A stretch of DNA of 64,000 nucleotides from Antedon mediterranea (taxonomy: Eukaryota; Animalia; Echinodermata): assembly GCF_964355755.1 (NCBI RefSeq), contig NC_092672.1, forward strand, positions 20,039,237 to 20,103,236. Reading direction: 5' to 3'. Made by a program: the position numbers and the translations under genes. Positions 43,301 through 58,300 of the stretch are shown one piece after another; the stretch's first letter is position 1, and each line of letters starts with the position of its first letter. Under the pieces are notes generated by a model, which was not told the origin of the DNA, did not search any database, and worked only from the letters and a program-made list of their open reading frames with translations.

Positions 43301-46300
43301 TAAATGTTGCCATTAGTGTATGAAAACATAGGGTTTGCCACAAAAATTGTAATGAATGGACTATTAGTTTAGGATATGTGAAAACATGGGTTTTATATTT
43401 TATTTGCATTCAAGTGATTGTGTTGGAAAGAGATTAACATCGTTACCATTTTAAGATAGTTAAAACAAATTATGTTATAACATGTGAATTATGGAATTAT
43501 TTTTAAGGATAAGATAAATACAGCGTCACACTTGACATCCTTCTTTCACAAAAAAAAATAATTTTTAACTTCATGATTGGTTTTTTTTCCACAGGATGGA
43601 AATCCTCCACTATATGAATACCTGATTCAAAGTCTCAACCCTGCTTCAGAAATTGTAAAATTTCTCATTAAAAAGGATAGTGCATTATTGACATTGCTAA
43701 ATAAGGTAATATGCAGAAAATTGAAGTTGCTTTTCATAAATAGATGTAAAATGCATAACAATAATCTCATGGGGACGGTCATTAACAGAGCTTGACTCTG
43801 TTTTGAGACGTACACAGACAAAAGTCGGCTTCTTTCGCAGATTAGTGGGCATGTTTGAGAAGTTTCTGCATTAGAAAGTCTAGGTCTTTAGGTAGCCAAT
43901 TAAAGAGGATGAACTAAAAACACCGAATCAAAACCTTAAAGGTGCTTACAAGAATGCTTGTTTATACTAATATAGCTAACAACTGTTAATGTAGTAAAAC
44001 CTCCAGCTAATGTAGAAACACTAACAGCTTATGTAGTAAATAAAAAGTCAACACCAGCTAATGTAGAACGGTCAACAACTAATGTAGTAACAAAAATTGC
44101 CTCACACTATCGCCAGCTAATATAGAAAATATATATTTTTACAAACCTGTTTAAATCTGTGCAAATGCATTTTTTTATTTAGCTATCAGTCTATCCACTT
44201 TTGTAAACGACCAATTTTCTAAAACGACCATACATTGTAAGCAAACATTTCTCTTAAGAGAGCGCTTTTCATAATTGACTACCTCTTGTAAGGGATCACC
44301 TCCTCTCATAAAGGACTACTTCTTATAATCGAACACCTCTTGTAAACGACCACCTCTCTTAAAGAACACACCTCTCTTAAGTGACCACCTCTTTCAAGGG
44401 ACCACAACCTCTCTCTTAAGGGACAACTTCAACCACCACAAAAGGTAGGTTCATGGTGATCCAAATATACAATTGTAGGGGTTTTCTGTCAAAACAATTG
44501 ATTAACAGTGCACTTTTATTTATTTATCAAATCCAAACATTTAAAAGCTCACTCATATTATGGGATAAAGAGGCCTACTTCCCATTATGGGGATAGTGTA
44601 GTATGTGGTGAAAATTAAACACAGGAAAGCTCACTCATATTATGGGATAAAGAGGCCTACTTCCCATTATGGGGATAGTGTAGTATGTGGTGAAAATTAA
44701 ACACAGGAGAGAATGCTATTCTTGCTTCTACATAATAAATAGATCAAAGTTGGTTTATCTGCCAGCAGTTTTTCTCATTGTTAGTATATTATTACTATTT
44801 ACGTTTGGATTTATAGATCTTGCCTACTACAGAACAGAGGTAGTGTTTTGGATCTGGGTGTCTATCAATTAATATGTCTTTGTAAATAGCTTGTTTAAGT
44901 AAATATTTTTGTTTTTAGGAAGGAAAGACGCCCGAATCTGTTGTAGAAACAAATGTGTACATAACGAAAAAAGAAAAAACTGTGATTTTAAACTATTTTG
45001 ACAGTAAGTAAAGTTTATAAATATAAATTATGCATTAATCTAAGATAGGTAAACACAGTGCAAAAGCTTTAGTGTGGTACAGGTGGTCATTTGAAATTAT
45101 CAATGCTACTACTATAAATTTTACAAAATTGTACTACAGAAACAAACTGTAAGGTGAATATTTTTATATAAGCTGGTAGACCTTATTTTTCTGGTTCATT
45201 ACAAATGAATGAAACTACATTCTCTGGATCAGCCCAATCAATAGCATAATTGATATTTATGTACATGGTTGCCACTATTTTATTATATTAATTGAGAGTT
45301 GGTTTAATATATTTGTATTAAAGATGTGTCCCCCTGAAAAAATAATTCTTAACAAAATGTTTGTTGAATATGCCATTTTAATGTAACATAATAGTTATCC
45401 ACTTTGACCAAAAATTGGATCGGAAAAAAAAACTTTAATTTAAAGCAAAAAATGTTCAAATTGGCTGCCAGCCAATGGGTTTTTGGTTGAATTTAACCAT
45501 TTATTTTGTCAATTTATAAGTGAAAACATTATTTTTTTTCATTTTTTTTTCTACGGAAGTGATTATCTTTATTAAAACTACAAAATAACATATTCAAAGT
45601 CTGATTTAATTAATCTTCATTTTTCATGTTTTTGGGGGACAATACATCTTTAATATTATTGTATTGCTGGTACTCGAACATAATTTAATATTCTTATTTC
45701 CCATGGTTCAAGTTTACCGGAGGTATTATTAAAGTTGATGAGAACTATTGTACTGTATATGGGATGACATTTATTTTACTGTTTAATAACAAAATACTGA
45801 TAATATCAAGCATTTTTAAGGCTTATAGAGGCAGAATGAGATAACAATTAATTTGTTGTCATAATAGAATTAGTTCCTGCAGAGATACGTGCCAGGGGTA
45901 AACAAGCTATTAAAATATATAAAGAAGAACTTAAAACTGGTAGCATGTCTGTTGTGAATTCAAGATGTATGTTTCTAGGAAAAGAAGGTGCTGGGAAGAC
46001 TAGCTGTGTAAAGGCTATGGTTGGAGAAAGGTAAAAAGTAAAATTGGTATAATGTTTATCGAGTATATATTACTGTACGGTATCTTAAGCTGTATTGACC
46101 ATCAATAGTTGTGTGCAAACATTATCTTGTGAACTGCTAAAGGAAAGGTTTTATTTAATTTGAATTATTATACACTAAGGGTGACATTGCAGTATGTTGA
46201 ATATTGTGATTCTTATAAAATATTAAAAACATTAATTTTATACACTTTAATTTACTTTTAAACTTACTAATGTTCTATTCATTAAAAATGTATCAGTTGT

Positions 46301-49300
46301 TTTATGATTGGAATATTTAAATGCAAACCCTTTCATGATTTAATCATTTTATACATACTATGTATGTTTCTAAAATGTACAATAAATTTTAACTTTACTA
46401 TACAATGTTATAATAGATTCAATTCTGCAGAACAATCCACAGATGGAATCGTTACAACCACAGTGTTTCAAGCAAAGAAGGATTGTAGTCAATGGAAAAA
46501 GATAAAAGATGTAAATGGTGAGAAAAGCAACTGAAAATGTTAAATTTTACATATTCATTATTTTGCTATAAATTTAACATTAATTTATTTTTGATAAAAT
46601 AATACTAATATTTAAATAAAAACATTCTTAAATGTATAATATAATGCCATTTACACATTGGTTATACAACAAATAACAATTCAAAATTCATTTGGCTATG
46701 CAACCATTACGTCTTGGTCTTACATTTTCAATGAGGTGATTGAAATCACCTCAGATACCAAGAATTGGAAAATTACTGTCAATGTTCAAAATATTGCTTA
46801 TCATTGTATTCCTCTCATCCCATACAACAGATTGGTTTCCTAATCTAATTGTCCATTTCTTGCTTTGTATAGATATTGAGCTATCAGAGCAAATTCGTTC
46901 ACATGCTTTAGGAGAAAAGGTTGATAAAAGGTTACAAGAAGGTAGGTACAGACTAATAAAGCTTTTATAACATTTAAATCTGCATAAAAGATGTATAATG
47001 ATATCGATCAGTAACACTGTTATATTGGTTTTGTTTCTGTAATTTTTTGTAGAAGGCAATGTTGGAACCTGGGCTAAATTTAAGAATGCTATGTATAAGA
47101 TGGTAAGAAGAAAAGAAAATGTGAGTGACATAACTAGTATATGGGACTATGCTGGTCAACTAGACTACTATATAACGCACAGGGTATGTTTTCATTATTC
47201 TATTATGAATATCACTTGTATTCTAAGAGTCATATTTAAAACAAATATTATTTTTATTGGGTTCAGAAATAAATCAATTAGAAGCTCTTAAATACTAATA
47301 GAGCTTTACTTTCTTTTTACATGATGTGTACTTACTATATTACTGACTGTATTTTGCCAAGAACATTTTTAACAGGGTTATTTATCAATGTGCAACATTT
47401 TTTTAGACTAGATGCTATGTTTTTGTTGGTTTTTCTAGTTTTCATATGAAACATCACCAGGGGCTGATCCAGGGGAGAGGACCACAGGGCATTTGTACCT
47501 GTCAATATTATCAACAGTAAAATGATAGGGTGGAGGGGCGGAGTGGAGTAGATGTGGGAATGAGAAGGTTTAATATATTATTTAAGCATCGTCAGTAAGC
47601 ATTAAACAACCTCAAAACCTCAGAAAACCATACCTCCACCAATTATACCAGGCCTTTCTTTCTTTCTCTTTTGTTCTTTATATTTCATGCAATAATGCGA
47701 TGTTGAATAAAGATCAATAGGTGATCTACAATAAACAATGCTAAAATAAATACTTTACACATACTATTCACAATCTAATTACAACAAATACTATTCCTGA
47801 TCTAAAAAGAAAGAAGGTCATATTAAGACTCATAATAAAAGCAAATCACTATCCAAATGGAAAAGTAAACAGAGAGGTACCACTTTTGAAATAATATCAA
47901 CAATTGTATGACTTTGATGGTAAGAAATTACCACGTGTATCAAGGCGAGCTAAACAATGGTTGTGGAAATGCCATTTGACGTAGTACACGCACCTCTCTT
48001 GTAAGAAATTACCACGTGTATCAATGCGAGCTGAACGATGGTGGAAAAACAATTTAATTTGACATACATACATCCCTCTTACAAGAAACCATGTGTTCCT
48101 GCCTGCATTGATGGTATCTGTTCCAATTTATTGTTATGTATCACTCTGGCCTAGACAATGACGACAATACAACAGACTCATGTATATACCAACAATGAAA
48201 TTGCGCTATATTTAGACATTGACAGGATTTGCTCACTGTCTGGGTGACAGCATGTAGCTTGTTTTTAAACGTCTAAACAAGTAGGTTAGACCTAGCCAAT
48301 GGTTTTGAAATGATCATGACAACATAACAAAACATACATAGTAATACACATTATGTCAAGTTAGTTCCCACAACATAGGAACCACAGTCCTGGTAAGGGT
48401 CTGGTATCACAGTGTAAAAATGGTGAAAGTTGATTTTACAGTCTGCATTAATCTGCATGTTTGACTTGATGAGGCATGAACAAAGTGCTCGTAACAAAAG
48501 CAGAGCAAAATAGATAAATAAATGACTATTTATTTGCGCACTAGATTGTTTCATAAAAGTGATAAAAAGAAGAGCTATTTTATCACCTTGATGAAACAGT
48601 ACAGTATGTAGTGTGCAAATAGAATGTTGAAGTTTAAACTTGAGTCATTAAACTTTATCTATATAAAATATTGTAATATTATATTATAATTAACCATGAA
48701 AACATAATCCTTGTTAATTTCCAGTTTTTCCTGACAAATACAGTATCATACTGTGTTGCTTTCAATGTCATGGACAACTTGGATGAGCCAGCTAAACCAC
48801 GGGATTCAAAAATAGTAAGTTAAACTTTAGTACTTTAGACAATCTTGTGAACTACAAATGCTATAATGTAATTTAATTTCAATATTAGTTTAAAAATATA
48901 TTGTCATTGTCATTTTAGGGTCAGCTAGGAATGACTAATTTGGACATGAATTTCTTCTGGATAAGGTCCATTTATGAACATACTGTACAACATGGTTCAG
49001 GAAACACTATTTCAATTGATGGCAAGAACATAGAGTCACCTCCCATCTGTTTGGTTGCAACTCATGTGGACAAATTGTCAGGGACAGCATCAGAAAAAGA
49101 GGAGGAGGTAAATAGTATATAAATATTAGATATTTATATCTTGTCTTTTTCTTAACTATGTCAACATAAGTGCTCCTAGCAACTGAACACAACTGAATGT
49201 AACTATAAACCTCAACTGACTGCAACTGACAGGTGCACAACAATGTAGACATAAGCTTAGTTTCATGTATAGTTGCCCATGTTCTATTTTTACTGTAACT

Positions 49301-52300
49301 GAGTGAAACTGAAAAGTTTTAAACGTGTCACACGGGTGATATGGGTAACGGCGACCAGTCGCGATTGGTTTGTATATACTGGTTCCTATACAACTATTAA
49401 TTGCGTTGTGCGTGTAGTAAGGTAAATTAATAGGCTCTTTAGAATTAATATTTTGCCTACAAAAAGGTTGACTGTATTTAACAACCCATCAGTACAATTA
49501 GAACAAAAAAGCAGTTTGAGGTCTAATGTACATGTTTATACAATCAAATAATATAACATGAAAATGGAACATTTAAGCTATACACATTACATGCATTACA
49601 AAAGAATTCATTAAAGAAAGCACATTAAAGTAGAAACATTGTTTGAGATTTTGTCATTTTGAATTACAGTATGAATCAAATAAAACAGCCTGTAACAGTT
49701 ATGGAAGATTGTGTACATTAGGTTGTGACATATTGTCTTGTAAACCACTGATCATGATGATCACTGAGATCACGCAGATTGATCTCGCTGATCATGTGAG
49801 TATTCTCAGTGGATATATCATTGTCTACACTTAGCTTGAAAATATGCCTGGAGGCGCAAACAAAATCCAAGATGGCGACAAAAATCCAAAATGACTGCCC
49901 GTTTGATCTAAATTGTATTTATAATGCCTATTAAATGTCCTTTTTAAACATGTTTGTTTTTTTTAATTTACCACACACATTGAATACAAAGTAAAAATAT
50001 TAAATGAAATATACTATACAGTATATCAGCGTGATCAGTAATTATTGTGATAAGTTATCAGCGATAGTAGCAATATGAATGTATTTATTAATTGAAGGTT
50101 ATGAAGATGTACAAGAAAATGTTCGATAAAATGGAAGGAATGCCATATGCTCACCATGTAGATCGTGAAATGTACATGGTTGATAACACCATGAAATCAC
50201 CTGAAGGTATTACAAAACTTAAGCGAAACGTTGGTAGATACATGATGGAAATGGTGAGAGAAGTTCCAGTAAAGTGGGTTAATTTACAGGAAAGTTTGCA
50301 AAGAATTGGTGAAACAAAATTGTGTATTACGTTTGAGGAGGTAAAGTTTTGATTGTGGATTCCAATGTAATTATATAATATGATTATTTATTGTTACTTT
50401 GTTTTTATTCCTATAGAGACTACTAATATTTATAGTCCTGGCCTATCATTGCATTTTCCATTAGCTTTTCTCCAGGCTCTACAAGTAATGTACTAAGTTA
50501 AGTTATTTGTTTGAATTAAATTCTGTATTAGGTTTTCAGGATTGGCACTGAATGTGAAATTTCCGAAGAGAGGCTCGACACTGCCATAAAGTATATGAAT
50601 GACATTGGGATCATTTTACATTCAAGTTCTAACAAAAAACTGAAAAACACTGTGATAACAGATCTTCAAATGATGATTCAAATGGTTACAAAAGTGATCA
50701 CAGTAGTTAAACCGTCTATTAAAGTGGTAGGTAGATAATGTATTTTATTATGATATTAGATTGTCAAAAATGTGGATGTATAGGCGATGTTAATAATCTG
50801 TTCTTAGTAACTTGATGTGAAACAGTATAATTGTATTGATCATGTGACTGTACTGTATAAAGTAAGAATAAACTGTTTTTTTTTTAATATAAAAGCAAAT
50901 GAGGGTGTTGTGGAAAAGCCTTGATGAGGAAGGAATACTGGAGGAAAGACTGCTACGGTATTTATGGGAACAGGAATTAGAGGAAGATCCACATCGCTTT
51001 GAAATCTTTACTGAAGTGATGAAGACATTTGGTTTGCTCTTTGAGAAATTGAAGGTAAGTTATTTCAATTCAATTTCCTTATTGCTGCAAATGCCATCAA
51101 GGGCTAATATCCACTTAAACATACTACATCATACAAACATATACATATTTACATTTAAAATTGTTTTAAACATCTTATTTTAGATTGGCTGTCACTTAAA
51201 TTAGCTTAAATGTTATACTTGTAATATTTTAATTTACAACACTTTGCTTACATCTGCAGGTAACTGAAGGTAACCGGGTATTCTTTGTTCCATCTCGAAT
51301 GAAAACCGAGAAAGAGAGTCTTGAAGTTGAAACGGACAAAAAAAATATGGTTTCAATCTATCTTACACCTGTAGACTTTCTTCCTAATGCTGTCTACAAT
51401 ACATTGATTGTTGCATTTCTGGACTTGATGGAGGAAAAAAATAAAGATGGCGACCAACGTGTGTCTCAAAACCGCAGTGAATTTGACTTTAAGGATCATG
51501 GGGTCAATCTAGGCACAGTGAAAATTGAAAACAAGCATGCATTAAAGGTTTGGAAATTATTCATTTTATTTATTTAATGTTTCAATTAAATATATTTAAA
51601 GACAAAATTGTAGATATCAAACAATGTTTTAAATGATTTCAATCAATCTTACTACTATTACACTATTACATTTTCAATTTTATAAATAAATTGAAGGCTA
51701 CATATTATGATGAATACAATGGTAATGTTTTGCATTTATTATTTAGCTCATTTTAAATTAACAAAGACAATTTCCTCATCAGCTTGAAATAACTCATCTG
51801 ACTGAAGTTGATGGTAATGCTAGAGGCCAAATGAAAGAACCGCAGCCAAGTTTCTGCATAGAGGTAAAGATTAGCATGATATGCCTATGTGTTATTAATA
51901 ACATATTCAACACCAGCACTTGAATGTAATGATTGCCAATAAACAATGGAAATGATCATATAAACGTTTAAGTCGCCATGTACGAAACTCAAATTGCTGA
52001 CTCTAATAAAAATTACAAAAGACATACTTATAATATTTTATTCTACGATATGTATATAATGTCTTGTTTATTCACCCAAAAACTATGTAAATTCATGGCA
52101 CGCTGGACCACCTAGTCCTAGGCGTATGTATCCCAGGAAAACTTGATGCCCCAAATTGGAATTTGGCAAACTGGCTAAATACTATATATAAACAGCTTGC
52201 ACCTTCTATGTAATCTTTGTTATCATGTAACACTCAGAGTCATTGAGTCACTTTGCATAATCTATTCTGCTCTGCTTAATTGCGTCAAGCACTTTTGCCT

Positions 52301-55300
52301 ATATGGGTTGGTTCAAACTTTCAACCTATTATATTTAAAACTTATGTTCTACATTTTACTTGGTTTGTAGGTGTTAAGTTATCTAATGCATCAACTAGAA
52401 ACTGTACTTGTCACTAGAGAAGGAGTTGGCTACAATCTATGTGTGTTGTGTACTGCTTGTAATCCAGCAGAGAAGCCTCATTTACATGATTTCAAAAAGT
52501 GCTTGAAACTAGATACTAATAGTGTTAAATGTGGCAATGAACGCATGATGACCAATCATTTAAAGTGGCTATTTTTGGAAGGTTAGTTGAAATTTTTGAT
52601 TATAATCACAATTTTCTTCAATTGCAGTATTTTTTATTTGATACAACATTTAACAATACAATGTACAAAGATATATGTCCTTTAGTCCAGAGACATCTAC
52701 GAAGGCCGTTTTAATTATAGATTGGTTTTATTGTTAAAGTAATACATGGTTAAATACTTTTTTTTACAATATAATGAAAATCAGTTGACTAATTGATTGG
52801 TATTCTATGAGTTTCCTCTGCAGAAAAAAGGGAAACAAGCTCATCAGTCACAGGTTTGTTGATGATAATACCAGATAATAAAAATGTCTTTTATGTAATT
52901 ACTAGTCCTTGCTAATGGTAGAAAAATGATAACATGACACTATCAGTATACACATAAGATTAAAAAAAATGATAACATGAAACTATCAGTATCCACATAA
53001 GATAAAACAAATGATAACATGAAACTATCAGTATCCACCTAAGATGAAATAAAATGATAACATGAAACTATCAGTATCCACCTAAGATGAAATAAAATGA
53101 TAACATGAAACTATCAGTATCCACCTAAGATGAAATAAAATGATAACATGAAACTATCAGTATCCACCTAAGATGAAATAAAATGATAACATGAAACTAT
53201 CAGTATCCACATAAGATAAAAAAAATGATAACATGAAACTATCAGTATCCACATAAGATAAAACAAATGATAACATGAAACTATCAGTATCCACCTAAGA
53301 TGAAATAAAATGATAACATGAAACTATCAGTATCCACCTAAGATGAAATAAAATGATAACATGAAACTATCAGTATCCACATAAGATAAAACAAATGATA
53401 ACATGAAACTATCAGTATCCACATAAGATAAAAAAAATGATAACATGAAACTATCAGTATCCACATAAGATAAAAAAAAATGATAACATGAAACTATCAG
53501 TATCCACCTAAGATTTAAAAAAATGATAACATGAAACTATCAGTATCCACATAAGATAAAAAAAAATGATAACATGAAACTATCAGTATCCACATAAGAT
53601 AAAAAAAATGATAACATGAAACTATCAGTATCCACATAAGATGAAATAAAATGATAACATGAAACTATCAGTATCCACATAAGATAAAACAAATCATCAA
53701 GGAAAGAATATAATATTTTGTTGTTTTGTTATACAATACATTTTCATTGTAGATTTTGTCAGATTGTTTTTTGTATTAATATAAGGATGAGATATAACAC
53801 AGGATGACAGTTTTAACACTTACCCCAAATTAAACGAGCATTATAAATAATGTATTTCTAAAAATCATCATGTCTCAAGTTCAACAAATTCTAAATGGAA
53901 TTTAAACAAAAATCATGAAAGATGTGTTGGCTAGGTGTGGTAGTTCGAGATCAGTCGGACACAATCATATGAAGGCAGCATTGATTTCCATCAGTATTTC
54001 ATTTATTCATATTCACATTCATATTCACTGGCATTTATCACATAAACTACAATCAGATTCATATTCACTGGCATTTATCACATAAACTACAATCAGCCAT
54101 CTCTTGAAAAAAAAACCCTATAAATACAACAGACAAACATACATAATAATAATCCACATATGAACAATTGATAACCATTGTTATACTCATTACGTTATCT
54201 TTAGTACAATACATACACATCACATCAGTATTACATTATTATCTATTATATATAACAAGTGATAACCACATCTATACCTGGATTAAACGATGTTAATTTT
54301 TACAACGTACCTGGAAACGAATAACTGATAATTTAATTAGAATAGCAACTGCCTCTACTCAGCCACAATGGATATGCCCAATCTGTACTCATGTGCGGGG
54401 AAATGGAAATATCTGTTTTTAAACAAAACTGTGTGAGCTATTATTTTAGGGCTAAATTTTTATGTTATCTGAGATTAACAAAAACATACAAGTATTAACT
54501 AACACTGACACACAAGCTAATTTTCCCACAAAAAATATAAACGTCGTAGTGGTGTATCGTTACATGTACTTTACTATTTCAGTCGACTATGACAGTGACA
54601 GTTTTAACAAAGTATTAAATCACAAATGTTCTACTCTATTTAATGAGACAAATCTCATGACACAAAATACATGAATAAGGTCCAATGTGAATGGCATAAT
54701 AAAACAGTGTATCCTAGTGTTAAAAGAATGGTTTATTTAATAAAAACTAACTTTAAAATCTGTATTGCATAAATTGTACGTGATACTGTTTTTGTTATTA
54801 TAACTAATATGTTTATTTTGCATAGATACACAGACTGCTACTCCTCTGTCTACAAGCTCATTAGAGACAGGTTAGTGGTTATCATTAGATCATTATGTAT
54901 CATATGGACAGTTTGTCTGAAAATACATGAATATAATAGCATAACATCTATGAGCAGAATAGTTGATTTAATACTGGTATTCTTGATTATGACTAATGTA
55001 TATGTTTATTTTGCATAGATGCACCTATTGCTGCTCCTTTGGCTACAAGCTCATTAGGGACAGGTATAGGTGAGTAACATTAGATCATTAGGGACATGTA
55101 TAGGTGAGTAACATTAGATCATTAGGGACAGGTATAGGTGAGTAACATTATATCATTAGGGACAGGTATAGGTGAGTAACATTAGATCATTATGGACAGG
55201 TATAGGTGAGTAACATTAGATCATTAGGGACAGGTATAGGTGAGTAACATTAGATCATTAGGGACAGGTATAGGTGAGTAACATTAGATCATTAGGGACA

Positions 55301-58300
55301 GGTATAGGTGAGTAACATTAGATAATTAGGGACAGGTATAGGTGAGTAACAGTAGATCATTAGGGACAGGTATAGGTGAGTAACATTAGATCATTAAGGA
55401 CAGGTATAGGTGAGTAACATTAGATCATTATGGACAGGTATAGGTGAGTAACATTAGATCATTAGGGACAGGTATAGGTGAGTAACATTAGATCATTAGG
55501 GACAGGTATAGGTGAGTAACAATAGATCATTAGGGACAGGTATAGGTGAGTAACATTAGATCATTAAGGACAGGTATAGGTGAGTAACAGTAGATCATTA
55601 GGGACAGGTATAGGTGAGTAACATTAGATCATTAAGGACAGGTATAGGTGAGTAACATTAGATCATTAAGGACAGGTATAGGTGAGTAACATTAGATCAT
55701 TAGGGACAGGTATAGGTGAGTAACATTAGATCATTAGGGACAGGTATAGGTGAGTAACATTAGATCATTAGGGACAGGTATAGGTGAGTAACATTAGATC
55801 ATTAGGGACAGGTATAGGTGAGTAACATTAGATCATTAGCGACAGGTATAGGTGAGTAACATTAGATCATTAGGGACAGGTATAGGTGAGTAACATTAGA
55901 TCATTAGGGACAAGTATAGGTGAGTAACATTAGATAATTAGGGACAGGTATAGGTGAGTAACATTAGATCATTAGGGACAAGTATAGGTGAGTAACATTA
56001 GATCATTAGGGACAGGTATAGGTGAGTAACATTAGATCATTAGGGACAAGTATAGGTGAGTAACATTAGATCATTAGGGACAAGTATAGGTGAGTAACAT
56101 TAGATCATTAAGGACAGGTATAGGTGAGTAACATTAGATCATTAGCGACAGGTATAGGTGAGTAACATTAGATCATTAGGGCATTGTTACAACCACTTAT
56201 GTAGTACCAGCTATAATAAAAACTACTGCTAAGATAGAAACAATAAAGATATCATATCATTTATTTTATTTGAACAAACATGTAAACATAACAAATGTAA
56301 ATCAATGTTTGATGACAGAGGAACATGAGTTTGTTTATTATTTTGTACCACATGTTAGAAATGTCCAGAAATATCTGCGATAATCCTTTAAATTTGATAA
56401 ACAGTTGCTGGTGTGATGTTTTAACAGCCTTCACACGTACGGCTTAAGAATGGCGTGGCTTACGCAAGCGGTAAGGTAATCCACGGATTAAAATGCTCAG
56501 GTGTTCACACGTACGGCGTTCGGTATATTAATGAATGGAATTAAACAAAGAAGTCCAACTATCATTACGTTTTAAAGGTTAAACCCTTGTTTCCTTTTTA
56601 GATTTTACACTGTCTTGATGGTAATCTTTTAATTTTTTTTTTCTTAACCAGCTTGAAATATAGTCAGCACTTGATTGCTAAATCAATTCATTCCCGACAA
56701 AAAACACTCTGCTTTTGGCCATAATTTACTTTTATTTCACCCTAAACCATTCATGCGCGGTTAATCGAAGAGCAGATAGTAGCTAAATAGGTGGTTTTTA
56801 TATCCGCAATAACATTTACAGTAAAAAACAAGAATTAATTGGTAAATATCATGAAATAAGGTTAAAATCATTCAAGCGTCGCTGGAGTTTGCTCCGTGGC
56901 GTTAGTTAATTTGGGGTGTGTAGCTGTCGTTAATAACGCCACGGACGTGGCTTAGTGAGTTGCGTTAATAACGCCACTGCCTAGTTCACACGCAAGGCGT
57001 AGGCTACGCAAGGCGTACGCCACTGCTTACGCCATACGTGTGAACAGGCTTTTAGTTCAGTAATTGATGTTGTCAACAATTACCACAAAAATGATATCAA
57101 TAAACTAAGTCAAGAAAACCTCCTATATTATTTACTCAACAGTCATGAACTTTGTACATATTTAAGTACTTTTTTTACAACCTAATGAGAATCACTTAAC
57201 TAAGTAATTGGCATTTGGTAATTTGCTATTGACAATCAAAACAAATTTATGCTAAACCATTTGCCTCAAACAGAGGTGTTTTAGAATCTGCCATATACAT
57301 CTATGTAAAAAACCTTTGTAAAAACGTATTAAGGATTGCTATCTGTTTATTCTGATTTTTGTGAGACCTGAATAACCCTAAAATATATATTGAATAAATG
57401 TGTGCTATTCTTGATAATGACTATTAATGAAAATCAGTTGACCATTTAGTCAAATTGTTAATTATTACTTGATACAAATTTAGGCTGAACCATTCCCAGA
57501 ATAGAGGCGTTCTAAAATCAGATTTTTTGGTTTTCTGTGAAAGCATGCATTTGTGATATTTATGACTAATACATGTATGATATATATCTTTCAAGTCAGT
57601 TGATTGCTAATTATAAATTACATTATACATTACATACAATTTAGAAATGGCAATAGCTAATTCAGAAAACACCAGCTAATGTAGAAACATTAACAGTAAA
57701 AAATATGTTATATGGTACTTGATATGTAAAGTTTGGAAAATGTTAGTATTTTAAAACAATTTTTGATAAGGAACATGTCAAAGATGGTGGTTTCTGACAA
57801 ATCTCATGATTTCAAAATACATGAATAAGGTCTAATTTGAATTGCATGAAACAGTGTATCCTAGTGTTGTTAACAGAATAGTTTATTTAATAAAAACTAA
57901 CTTTTAAATGTGTATTGAATAAATTGTGATACTGTTTTTGTTATTATGACTAATGAATATGTTTATTTTGTATAGATACACTAACTACTACTCCTCTGGC
58001 TACAAGCTCATTACGGACAGGTAAGTTGATTATCATTAGATCATTAGAGATCCTAATATGTTTATTTTGTATAGATACACTAACTACTACTCCTCTGGCT
58101 ACAAGCTCATTACGGACAGGTAAGTTGATTATCATTAGATCATTAGAGATCCTTAGATAGGGTAGTGTTACAACCACTAATGTAGAAATAGCAATAGCTA
58201 AATTTAGAAATAACAAATTGCTCATATGTAATTGTACCAGCTAAGGTGAGAAAATGCTTCACAACTATGCTGAAACTACTGTTTGGAACTACATCAAGAA

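Noticed and set aside
44200-44430. gaccacctctct short repeats as a regulatory cluster
   Set aside because: Looks like the decayed internal repeats of a MITE; ends not definable.
48351-48554. 67-aa minus-strand ORF in intron 9
   Set aside because: No recognisable domain or convincing splice context.
52922-56181. 43-bp and 34-bp arrays as CRISPR arrays
   Set aside because: Units abut with no unique spacers, there are no cas genes, and the context is a spliceosomal intron.
57950-58225. 91-aa minus-strand ORF with an internal repeat
   Set aside because: Antisense of the 99-bp micro-exon duplication.
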